Source: a virus
DNA: 64,000 nucleotides
Reading direction: 5' to 3' (one strand)
Virus record (IMG/VR): IMGVR_UViG_3300049830_000142
Span: 32,001-96,000 of that record
Shown: in pieces, positions 34,442 through 42,540 of the stretch
Position numbering within the stretch: the stretch's first letter is position 1
How the letters are laid out: each line of letters opens with the position of its first letter
Position numbers and translations under genes: made by a program
Notes under the pieces: generated by a model
Database searches by the model: none
What the model saw: the letters and a program-made list of their open reading frames with translations, nothing else
What the model was told of the DNA's origin: nothing

Positions 34442-35324
34442 AAGTCAACAAAGGTTATTCGGCATGATTCATGCATATCAAACCGGTAAACTAAAAAAGG
34501 CTCCTTCTAAGATCAAGCATGTCGCATCGAATATTTCTATGACAAGCGCAACACATTTTGCAGAGACTAAGCATAAGGGCTTACGTAATAAAGTGAAGAA
34601 GATCGCAAACAATATGGATTTGGTACTAAATCATCCTAGTGCACCAAAATTATCTAAACGCAGACATAACATGTTAAATGACTATGGTAGATATCTTAAC
34701 GGCGAACTAGAAAATGATCCTACAGAAAAAAAGGCAGGTTGGTACGAAGACTTCCGTAGAAACGAAGTTAACCATGTAGTTGGCCACTACTCTCCTAAAG
34801 AATTAAAAGACATGAAAGGACTTGACGTTAAGCATGGTAGTCATCCGGACGAAGCCGAAGACAAACAATTAATTAAGGAAGTTGTGAAACCATCAGCAAT
34901 TAAGAAACAAGCATTTGAAAGAGGATTCATCAAAGCAGCCACTGACTTAGGTGTTAATCCATTACTAGCAGTAAATTTATTGAAGAAGGCATGGAACCTA
35001 CCCGAAGCCGCAAGCGATATAACAGGCATTGCAGATCCAGCTAAACTACAAGCACTTGAAATAGGTGCTGCAGGTCAAGCTGTGGGCGGTGCAGGTTTAG
35101 GTGGACTAGCTGGTGCAGGTTTAGGTGGACTAGCTGGTTACTTTGGCGGTCGCAATAAAGAACATCCGGAACAAGATCATTCAATGCGCGATATGCTATT
35201 GGGCGGTCTAGGTGGTGCCGGTCTTGGTGCGGCTGGTGGTGGACTGTATGGAGGAATGCACGGTGCTAAGCCTTTGCAGGAGTACATTCAAAGTCATCCA
35301 CGCATTATGGATCCACAACAGTAA
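34425..35324 (+). CDS. mosaic K-x-A protein: MPAxSKxQQ domain, acidic linker, KAA/Gly-zipper module
   Basis: MPAVSKSQQRLFG; KQAFERGFIKAA; GGLAGAGLGG..RDMLLGGLGGAG. Confidence 0.8.
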   Translation: MPAVSKSQQRLFGMIHAYQTGKLKKAPSKIKHVASNISMTSATHFAETKHKGLRNKVKKIANNMDLVLNHPSAPKLSKRRHNMLNDYGRYLNGELENDPTEKKAGWYEDFRRNEVNHVVGHYSPKELKDMKGLDVKHGSHPDEAEDKQLIKEVVKPSAIKKQAFERGFIKAATDLGVNPLLAVNLLKKAWNLPEAASDITGIADPAKLQALEIGAAGQAVGGAGLGGLAGAGLGGLAGYFGGRNKEHPEQDHSMRDMLLGGLGGAGLGAAGGGLYGGMHGAKPLQEYIQSHPRIMDPQQ

Positions 35325-35332
35325 AATAACTG

Positions 35333-35373
35333 TTTACAACACTTAGGAAACTCAGTAATATTATAACAACGAC
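35333..35373 (+). promoter_or_regulatory. promoter of scaffold/capsid operon
   Basis: TTTACA-N17-TAATAT; CAGTAATAT...AACGAC shared with sheath promoter. Confidence 0.65.
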
Positions 35374-35387
35374 CAACGGATTAATTT

Positions 35388-36218
35388 ATGAACGAACTTT
35401 ACGCACAAGCATTTGTTAAGCAAGCTACAGCTAATGGTCTTCCACAACAGAAGATCGCAGCTATTCTAAGCCGCGCAGAACAAATTGCACAAAGACAGAC
35501 TAAGACTGCTTCAGTTAAGTCAAACCAAAATTTTGACTTAGTTACCAGCCTTCTAAAAGCAGCAGGTATGGAGAAGAACGCTTCTTCAATCAGCTTTACA
35601 CACGGCATCCTTAATGAAGCTTTCATGAACGGTGCTAATCTTAACGAAGCTGTTCAGTTTACCAAAACAGCTCTAGACGCATCTGCAAAGCGCGTACAAT
35701 TTATGCAGAAGGTTGCGGCAATCGCAAACCATCCTACGCTCAGCCAATGGGCTGAAGGTTTTCTCGGCAGTGCAAAACTAGCCGGCATGACACAGGATGA
35801 CGCAGTAGCTCTCATGGTTGACCTCGTCGACAAAGAGAAGCGTGCTGGCGGTGATGACGCAATGTTCAAGCAACCTACTGATGGCGCTCCGGCTCCGGAA
35901 AGTGATCCAGCAGCAGGCGCACCTCCAATGGGCGGCGCAGGTGGTCCTCCTCCAGGAGATCCATCGGGTGGTCAAGGCCAGCCTGGCGGCGGTGATCCTC
36001 AGATCGCTCAAATTTTACAAGAACTCCAGAGCTTGCCTCCGGAAGTTCAGCAACAAGTTATCCAACAGCTTTTATCAGCCATAGGCGGCGGCCAAGGCGG
36101 ACCAGGACCAGCAGGAGCACCTCCGATGGGTGGTCCCGCAGGCGCACCTCCTCCAGGAGCTCCTCCGATGGGTGGCCCAGGTGGCCCACCTCCAGCCGGC
36201 CCTCAAGGTCCTGCCTAA
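35388..36218 (+). CDS. K-x-A-rich protein with Pro/Gly low-complexity tail
   Basis: KQA, KTAS, KNAS, KVAA, KLAG, KRAG; GAPPMGG x3. Confidence 0.8.
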   Translation: MNELYAQAFVKQATANGLPQQKIAAILSRAEQIAQRQTKTASVKSNQNFDLVTSLLKAAGMEKNASSISFTHGILNEAFMNGANLNEAVQFTKTALDASAKRVQFMQKVAAIANHPTLSQWAEGFLGSAKLAGMTQDDAVALMVDLVDKEKRAGGDDAMFKQPTDGAPAPESDPAAGAPPMGGAGGPPPGDPSGGQGQPGGGDPQIAQILQELQSLPPEVQQQVIQQLLSAIGGGQGGPGPAGAPPMGGPAGAPPPGAPPMGGPGGPPPAGPQGPA

Positions 36219-36253
36219 TGATAAATATTAACAAATAACCATCAAATAACTAT

Positions 36254-37432
36254 ATGGGAAAGATCACTAAACACGCCGAATTTATGGAGACACTCCAGAC
36301 TATGATTAGCAAAGAAGCTTCAGGCCCGGCTAAGTCTACTGGTGCAGCAGATGTCACTGGTAAACCCGGCGCTGACACACACTATCAATCAGTACCGAAA
36401 GAGACTGAGCACGTTGACAAGAATAAAGAAGGTCATCCTGAACACAACCCTCAAGAATTTAAGCAAGAGAAGGGCCATAAGGAAGGCGACATTACTGGCA
36501 AGGGTGGCAAGACTGCTGAGGCAACTAAAGAAGCCGCAGCTGTTACTCCTCCTGACACCAAAGCTCCTGCCGCAGCTAAGGAAGATAGTTCAACTACTAT
36601 CTCTCAAACTGAACAGAAGAAGATGGCGTCAGCCGAAGCTCCTGCTCACGAGAAGCTCGCACAACTAGGCGAACAACTATTGGCAGCTATTAGCGAGATG
36701 CAGAAGTCCGCTTCTGGTCCTGCTAAGTCCACTGGTGCCGCAGACGTCACTGGTAAGCCTGGTGCTGATACTCACTACCAATCTGTTTCTAAGGAACACG
36801 AGAAGGTTGACAAGAACAAAGAAGGCAAGCCTGAAAATAATCCTCAAGAATTCAAGCAAGAAAAGGGTCACAAAGAAAAAGATATCACTGGTAAGGGTGG
36901 TAAGACTGCTGAAGAACTTGAACTTGACAAGGAAGCTAGCTTTGCACTTGGTCGCGAATTTGCTCGCTCATACTTGAGCAAGACTGCGTCTGTAGAAGCT
37001 CCTATCTATAAGGAAGCTGGTCGTCGTGACTTCGAGGCTCTGATCGCTCAAGCATCAGCTGAACTTGATACTGAAGGTAAGTCTAAGCAAGCCCAAATTT
37101 CTAAACAAGCTGCTGTTGAAGACGAATCACTTCAGATTAAGCAAGCTGAGGAAGCTGGCGCTCAGTACTTCCAACAGTTGCTAAAGCAAGCTCAGGCAGA
37201 AGAACAGGCAAACTTGGTTAAGTCCGCTTTCGAACAGAAAGTAGCTCAGATCAACGCTGCTAAGGAAGCCGCAGAAAAGAAGGCTAACGAACTTACTGCT
37301 AAGATCGCAGCTTACGAAACTGAAAAAGAAAAAGTAGCTGAAGAAGCTAAGTTGGACGCTAAACTCGCTCAATGGGGTAGGTTCGTCGTAGAAGACGTTA
37401 TCACTCGCCTCAAGAATGAGCCTGTTAAGTAA
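36254..37432 (+). CDS. prohead scaffolding protein
   Basis: Charged, Ala/Glu/Lys-rich coiled coil upstream of capsid; internal 70-aa duplication. Confidence 0.7.
   Translation: MGKITKHAEFMETLQTMISKEASGPAKSTGAADVTGKPGADTHYQSVPKETEHVDKNKEGHPEHNPQEFKQEKGHKEGDITGKGGKTAEATKEAAAVTPPDTKAPAAAKEDSSTTISQTEQKKMASAEAPAHEKLAQLGEQLLAAISEMQKSASGPAKSTGAADVTGKPGADTHYQSVSKEHEKVDKNKEGKPENNPQEFKQEKGHKEKDITGKGGKTAEELELDKEASFALGREFARSYLSKTASVEAPIYKEAGRRDFEALIAQASAELDTEGKSKQAQISKQAAVEDESLQIKQAEEAGAQYFQQLLKQAQAEEQANLVKSAFEQKVAQINAAKEAAEKKANELTAKIAAYETEKEKVAEEAKLDAKLAQWGRFVVEDVITRLKNEPVK
36311..36913 (+). repeat. 210-bp in-frame direct repeat (36311-36520 and 36704-36913)
   Basis: 63/70 identical residues, many synonymous differences. 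Confidence 0.95.
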
Positions 37433-37589
37433 ATTACAAGGTAGATTACACGGTAAGCCGGAAGATTCGAAACCTTCCGGCGAACCAAAGACTGTAAGCT
37501 CTTTAGAGAGCCTACCTGAGGACGAGCAACTGAAGGTTCTCGATTACCTGAACACAGTCAAAGATTTACATAAAGAACATGGACAATAA
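37416..37589 (+). CDS. 57-aa hypothetical protein (not in ORF track)
   Basis: MSLLSKLQGR...LPEDEQLKVLDYLNTVKDLHKEHGQ*; overlaps both neighbours. Confidence 0.6.
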   Translation: MSLLSKLQGRLHGKPEDSKPSGEPKTVSSLESLPEDEQLKVLDYLNTVKDLHKEHGQ

Positions 37590-37974
37590 ATTCTTGCATC
37601 AAGCAGCGATGTTCGTTAAACTAGCAATAGAAGTTAACGAGGATCTGCAAGATAAGCTCTTGACGAAAGTCAAAGAAGCAACCGTTCGTGAGTTAGACAA
37701 GGAGAAATACCGTGTCGCACTAACTAAAGCTGCAGACGCTCTTTATGATTCGGATTTCCTAACGGACGAACACGAAAAAAGAACTTTTCTAAGGAAGGCA
37801 GCAGAAGACCCAGTCTATGTGTTGCGTACATTAGAAAAAGTTTGCGAGGCGGCAGACGTTGCCCAGATCGGCAAGCCTGCGCGAGTAGCAGCCAGACCCA
37901 AGGAAGCAGAGTACGATCCAGTTTATGAAGCTGCATTCGGATTTTCCGGAAGCAGAGGTATCGTAGACGAATAA
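37579..37974 (+). CDS. hypothetical head-region protein
   Basis: FVKLA, VKEA, RKAA; helical. Confidence 0.75.
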   Translation: MDNKFLHQAAMFVKLAIEVNEDLQDKLLTKVKEATVRELDKEKYRVALTKAADALYDSDFLTDEHEKRTFLRKAAEDPVYVLRTLEKVCEAADVAQIGKPARVAARPKEAEYDPVYEAAFGFSGSRGIVDE

Positions 37975-38002
37975 CTCTAATAACAACAAATTAAGGACAA
38001 AT

Positions 38003-38671
38003 ATGATTAACGTAAAGAAAGGACCAGCTCACTCACTAGGTCAGTCAGACCTAAGAGGTGCTATCACTTCCAATACTGGTACTGTTATCGCTGGTGCTCT
38101 ATGCTACTTGGCAAACGGTACTACTTATAACAGCATTACTCCAGCAGCCGGCTCAGTTGCCTTGGCTGGTGGTGCTGCCGCAGTATCTGCAACCCAAGGT
38201 TGCCCAGGTATTCGTGGATTCGCAATCAATAGCATCACCGATGGTGACGTAATTGAAAGCGGTAAACTCGCTCTATACCTACTCGATGGTCAGTCAATCA
38301 TCGAAACAGATCAGGTAGACTATACTGGTGACAGCGGCACACTTACTGCCACTACATATCCAATTGGTACACCTCTTTACCAAAGCCAGACCGCTGCAGG
38401 TAAAGTATCTAAACTAACATCAGGCACACCTGGTCCAGTTATTGGATACGTCGAAGGTATTCGCTACTTGCAACTTTCACAGCCCGGCGCTACGAATGCA
38501 AGTGCAGGTACCCAAAGCTATACATCCGCAACTGAAGCTGCAGCTTACAACGCTGCTAACGCTTCTGGTGCAACTAACTTCCCAGTTTACACAGCAACCA
38601 CTGGTACTGCGTCATTCAAGCCGCAAACCAACGTCGCTGTTCTAGCCATCAAGTTGGCTTCAGGTAACTAA
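38003..38671 (+). CDS. capsid decoration/cement protein
   Basis: Directly upstream of capsid; small-residue-rich beta protein; TAAGGA SD-like site. Confidence 0.6.
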   Translation: MINVKKGPAHSLGQSDLRGAITSNTGTVIAGALCYLANGTTYNSITPAAGSVALAGGAAAVSATQGCPGIRGFAINSITDGDVIESGKLALYLLDGQSIIETDQVDYTGDSGTLTATTYPIGTPLYQSQTAAGKVSKLTSGTPGPVIGYVEGIRYLQLSQPGATNASAGTQSYTSATEAAAYNAANASGATNFPVYTATTGTASFKPQTNVAVLAIKLASGN

Positions 38672-38688
38672 TCTATAAAGGAATAATT

Positions 38689-39651
38689 ATGTCACTAGAA
38701 AAAATCGCAGATATCAAGGTGTTCAATGATACCTTCGTAGATATGTTGGAAGGTGGTAACGAGAAGAAGGCTGCTCAATCAGCTCTAACTTTTACCCGCA
38801 ACAAGCTACGTGAAAACTCATTCTCTGAGAAGATCCTAACTCCTATCGACATCGCTAACGATGAACTCGATAAGAGCGAGAATCCTGAGCTCCATGTTAA
38901 GTGGTGCGACAGGGAACCAGATCAGCCGCCCGCAGTAACTGTGCCTTTGGGTAACGTTCCTGATGGCTACCAGTTCTCTGGTACGCGCTATCCTGTGTAC
39001 TTCTCACGTTTAATGAGCCCAGTATTCCAGAAGGACATCGACAAATTGCGTGGTTACGACTACGACATTCGCCAAATCCTCTTGGAGAACAGCACCAAAG
39101 ACTTGGCTACCGAAGTCGATAGCAAGTTCTTGGAAAAAGTTAACCAGGTTCTCGGTGTTGCTAACACAGCTAACACCTTCACTGCAACCGGTCTTCCTAG
39201 CTACATCACCCTATCCGGTGGTCTAACTCGTACCAACATGGTAGAAGCTGTTAAGGCTTACCAGCGCCTACGCGTTCCGTTTGGTCCGATGCAGCCTGAT
39301 GGTGGTGCAAGCAAGGGTATCATGCTCTTGAACAACGTAACCGCAGCTGACCTACTCAAACTAGAACGTAGCGAAGTCGGTGGTGACGAAGCTCAGAGGG
39401 CTTACCTAGAAGGTACTACTCCAGCCACCGTGCTCGGTCTCAAGTCAATCTTGACCATCAAGCGCGAATTGGTACCGGATGGTACTATCTACTTCTTCTC
39501 TTCTGAGGAGTTCCTAGGTAAGTATTTCCGCCTACAGCCTTTGACTGTATTCATGGAAACTAAGGCGTTCTTCCTACAGTTCTTCCAGTACATGAACATA
39601 GGTATGAGCATCGGTAACCCTAAGGGTGCCTTCCGTGTAGACTTCAACTAA
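38689..39651 (+). CDS. major capsid protein (HK97 fold)
   Basis: KLRENSFSEKIL...REP...DIRQIL..KDLATEVDSKFL; position after scaffold; followed by strong terminator. Confidence 0.8.
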   Translation: MSLEKIADIKVFNDTFVDMLEGGNEKKAAQSALTFTRNKLRENSFSEKILTPIDIANDELDKSENPELHVKWCDREPDQPPAVTVPLGNVPDGYQFSGTRYPVYFSRLMSPVFQKDIDKLRGYDYDIRQILLENSTKDLATEVDSKFLEKVNQVLGVANTANTFTATGLPSYITLSGGLTRTNMVEAVKAYQRLRVPFGPMQPDGGASKGIMLLNNVTAADLLKLERSEVGGDEAQRAYLEGTTPATVLGLKSILTIKRELVPDGTIYFFSSEEFLGKYFRLQPLTVFMETKAFFLQFFQYMNIGMSIGNPKGAFRVDFN

Positions 39652-39669
39652 GCTACTAATCAGATTCAC

Positions 39670-39700
39670 AACCCTCGTAAGGAAACTTGCGAGGGTTTTT
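39670..39700 (+). terminator. intrinsic terminator after capsid gene
   Basis: AACCCTCGTAAG-GAAA-CTTGCGAGGGTT-TTT. Confidence 0.9.
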
Positions 39701-39721
39701 AGTTTATGGTAATATTGATAT
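39687..39721 (+). promoter_or_regulatory. promoter overlapping terminator, leaderless
   Basis: TTGCGA-N17-(TGg)TAATAT-N6-ATG(39722). Confidence 0.6.
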
Positions 39722-40324
39722 ATGGCCAGAGGTGACTACAGGTACGCAGGAATATATATAATTACTAACTTAGTAAACAGCAAAGTTTACGTAGGTAGTA
39801 GTATAAATATAGCTGATAGAATTCATTGTCATCAGTCTCACTTCCGATCAAAAATTCATCATAACAAGCATTTATTGGCGGCAGTAATACAATACGGTAT
39901 AGAAAATTTTAGTTTTGAGTTGTGGGAAAAATGTGATGTTAAGATATTACAAACCCGAGAAGCTTACTGGATTTCCGCATTTAACGCATCTGATAAAGAA
40001 TTTGGATATAACAATAGTACTGATACTAATTGTCCAGCCAGAGGAAGAAAACAGCCTAAGGAGGAAATACAAAGACGATTGGACAACGGTATACTGAAAA
40101 CAAGAAAATTTGTTGATTCCATAGGCAAAATATTTGAAACTAATAATACTAAGAATTTTGCAGCAAAACAAAACTTAAAGTATGAGTCATTAACATCTGT
40201 AGCCAATGGTAATAGATACTCATACTTAGGTTGGAGAGTAGCAACTAATAATACTATAGGAATACCCTATAAGGATATAAGAATCGGTAAACCTAAATTT
40301 GGTCGTAAAATACCTACATTATAA
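39722..40324 (+). CDS. GIY-YIG homing endonuclease
   Basis: GIYIITN...VYVGSS..R...H...E...YN; AT-rich. Confidence 0.9.
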   Translation: MARGDYRYAGIYIITNLVNSKVYVGSSINIADRIHCHQSHFRSKIHHNKHLLAAVIQYGIENFSFELWEKCDVKILQTREAYWISAFNASDKEFGYNNSTDTNCPARGRKQPKEEIQRRLDNGILKTRKFVDSIGKIFETNNTKNFAAKQNLKYESLTSVANGNRYSYLGWRVATNNTIGIPYKDIRIGKPKFGRKIPTL

Positions 40325-40327
40325 ATT

Positions 40328-40768
40328 ATGGCAGCCACAAAGCTTGATGAAACTTCGATAAGATTATTCCTCATGGACCGCAAGGAACTTAATCCATTAC
40401 TAAGAGGTGTACGCTGGGATTCGCCTGATATAGATGGTGCTATAGCTCGTTGCTGTGACTACTTTAACGAGACACCGCCATTCGTTGTCTCATACAATCC
40501 AATCAATTTTCCTTACAGATACACTCTATTGTTAGGAGTAGCAGGCCATCTATTGAAGAGCGCAAGTATTAATGAAGCCAGCAATCAACTAGACTATGCT
40601 GCGGATGGCATCACTATTCAAGACAAGAACAAGGCTGAGATCTTCGCTAAACTAGGAGGCCTTATGTGGGACGAATTCAAAGAAAAGGTTCAAGCTATCA
40701 AAATCGCTGCAAATGTTGGTATGGCTTTTGGTACTGAGTTTAGTGAACTAATCTATGTCGCACACTAA
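40328..40768 (+). CDS. head-tail adaptor/neck protein
   Basis: Helical ORF after capsid; FNETPP and LDYAADGITI motifs. Confidence 0.6.
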   Translation: MAATKLDETSIRLFLMDRKELNPLLRGVRWDSPDIDGAIARCCDYFNETPPFVVSYNPINFPYRYTLLLGVAGHLLKSASINEASNQLDYAADGITIQDKNKAEIFAKLGGLMWDEFKEKVQAIKIAANVGMAFGTEFSELIYVAH

Positions 40769-41012
40769 TGCCAAAGATATTCTTAATGAACGCTTTGCAC
40801 TTAACCTAAAGAAATGGGTTAACCAGCGAAAGATTAAGAGTGAATTGGCAGGTCTAGATTTGTTTAATAAAGACAAAGCTGTAAACGTTATTCTCCAAGT
40901 CGTAAAGGAAAACCCTAGATGGTTCTATCACGAAAAGTCTGACAACAAATCTAATTGGGAGATAGCATACGAGTATTTCAAAAGGTTAGGATCATATGTC
41001 CACAAACGTTAA
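40755..41012 (+). CDS. hypothetical protein
   Basis: ORF overlapping both neighbours. Confidence 0.55.
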   Translation: MSHTNAKDILNERFALNLKKWVNQRKIKSELAGLDLFNKDKAVNVILQVVKENPRWFYHEKSDNKSNWEIAYEYFKRLGSYVHKR

Positions 41013-41802
41013 TCCATTTAAGAACATCCAGATTTCATTGACTCGTAAAGAAGTCATTGTTCAGTATTCTATTGATCCAGCTTTTCCAGGTAGAGCTCCT
41101 TTCAAATATGAGTTACTAGCCTTTGAAGATGAAACGTTCGACAAGATCATCTATACCATTCCTAGCTCCACGTTCTATGTAGTTGACGATACGAACCAGA
41201 GGCAGAACGCAGAGCCTAGCTACTTCTACAAACTTAGATTGACTGACAAAAACAACGTTCAGTATCTTAGTAATTTCTTTGGCTGGCATCCTTCTGACAG
41301 CATTACTCAGCATCACTATTTGATCGCATCTGAGATTAGTAGAAGAGAGCGAATTAGGTTTAACTATGCCGGACTATTCGCCTACATCTTAAAACGCAAA
41401 GACTATTCTGCAGCTCAAGCTTGTGAAGTGGATGACATTACTGGTGAACCTATAACAGATGGCACCGATACGTATGGCGTCGGAACTTTAGGAGGTTACT
41501 ACGCACCAGTCTTAACTAGGCTAAGTATTGAGAATAGAGATTCTAAGCAAGACTATGACGAGAATGGTAGAGGTACGCAGAATACGGAAGTCGTCACTGC
41601 TCGAAGTGCTGGGTTCCCTTTCATAGACCAGCACGATCTCATAGTTACACCTGATGGCAAGCGATTCACTGTCACCAACCCTAACAGCAAATACTTCCCA
41701 GGCACTACACTAATCATTTTACAGATGGCGGAGTTTAGGTTAATACCGGTAACCGACACGACCTATAACATCCCGGTTCCACCATTCCCTATCAATGAGT
41801 AA
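40996..41802 (+). CDS. head closure/neck protein
   Basis: Position; GTLGGYYAP and FPFIDQHDLIV..DGKRFTV beta-barrel-like motifs. Confidence 0.6.
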   Translation: MSTNVNPFKNIQISLTRKEVIVQYSIDPAFPGRAPFKYELLAFEDETFDKIIYTIPSSTFYVVDDTNQRQNAEPSYFYKLRLTDKNNVQYLSNFFGWHPSDSITQHHYLIASEISRRERIRFNYAGLFAYILKRKDYSAAQACEVDDITGEPITDGTDTYGVGTLGGYYAPVLTRLSIENRDSKQDYDENGRGTQNTEVVTARSAGFPFIDQHDLIVTPDGKRFTVTNPNSKYFPGTTLIILQMAEFRLIPVTDTTYNIPVPPFPINE

Positions 41803-42445
41803 CATAATCGAAAAGTGTGATGAAGATGACTGCAAGATTGTTCTAAGCAATTATACGGTGCCTAGGATAGTTTACCAGATCCTCAAACTTTACATGATGA
41901 ATAACAAGCCTGAGGATGTAGGTGTGATCCTAAAACAAAAGTTCGATCCCGACCAAACTAAATCAGACATCTTGCTAGACATCGGCTTTAACTGGAAGAG
42001 TCAGGTTATGGGTAAGGTTCCTGCAATCTTCGTACAAAGGGAAGACGCTACTTACAAGACTCCTACATTTGGTGAAGGTGTAGCAACTGATCAACAGACT
42101 GGTCGAGATACTAGGGTAGCAATTGTATCGTTGCCCGTCATAATAACTTGTGTAGCCGCTGAACCTGTAGCTGTCGTAGAACAGTTAGCGGAGTACATGA
42201 AGCAACCTTTGCTTTACTTTAGGAGAGAAATTCAGGTAGACTATGGTATAAGATCTTTCATTCTAGAGAAGGTGACAGCTCCTAAACTGTTGCCTGAAGG
42301 AAAGAACAACTTTTACGTGAATTTACAAGTGAACGTCGACTATAACGATGGCTGGACTATAAGCAGAAACAGCCTGAAGTTAAAAAGAATCGACTTAACT
42401 TTGTTCGATCAACTAAACACCTTCCTTCAAGAGGTTAGAGTGTAA
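41795..42445 (+). CDS. tail terminator/completion protein
   Basis: Position before sheath; PAIFVQR motif. Confidence 0.6.
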   Translation: MSNIIEKCDEDDCKIVLSNYTVPRIVYQILKLYMMNNKPEDVGVILKQKFDPDQTKSDILLDIGFNWKSQVMGKVPAIFVQREDATYKTPTFGEGVATDQQTGRDTRVAIVSLPVIITCVAAEPVAVVEQLAEYMKQPLLYFRREIQVDYGIRSFILEKVTAPKLLPEGKNNFYVNLQVNVDYNDGWTISRNSLKLKRIDLTLFDQLNTFLQEVRV

Positions 42446-42463
42446 ACTATGATAAAAAAACAG

Positions 42464-42504
42464 TTGCCTAAGAACAAATAACACAGTAATATAATAATAA
42501 CGAC
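42464..42504 (+). promoter_or_regulatory. promoter of tail sheath operon
   Basis: TTGCCT-N17-TAATAT; CAGTAATAT...AACGAC shared with 35353. Confidence 0.65.
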
Positions 42505-42540
42505 AGCGAATAACACATTCAACTAGGAGACAAATAATTT

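Noticed and set aside
37441-37560. Apparent intergenic structured RNA after the scaffold gene
   Set aside because: Region is covered by the plausible 57-aa ORF 37416-37589; only one strong hairpin
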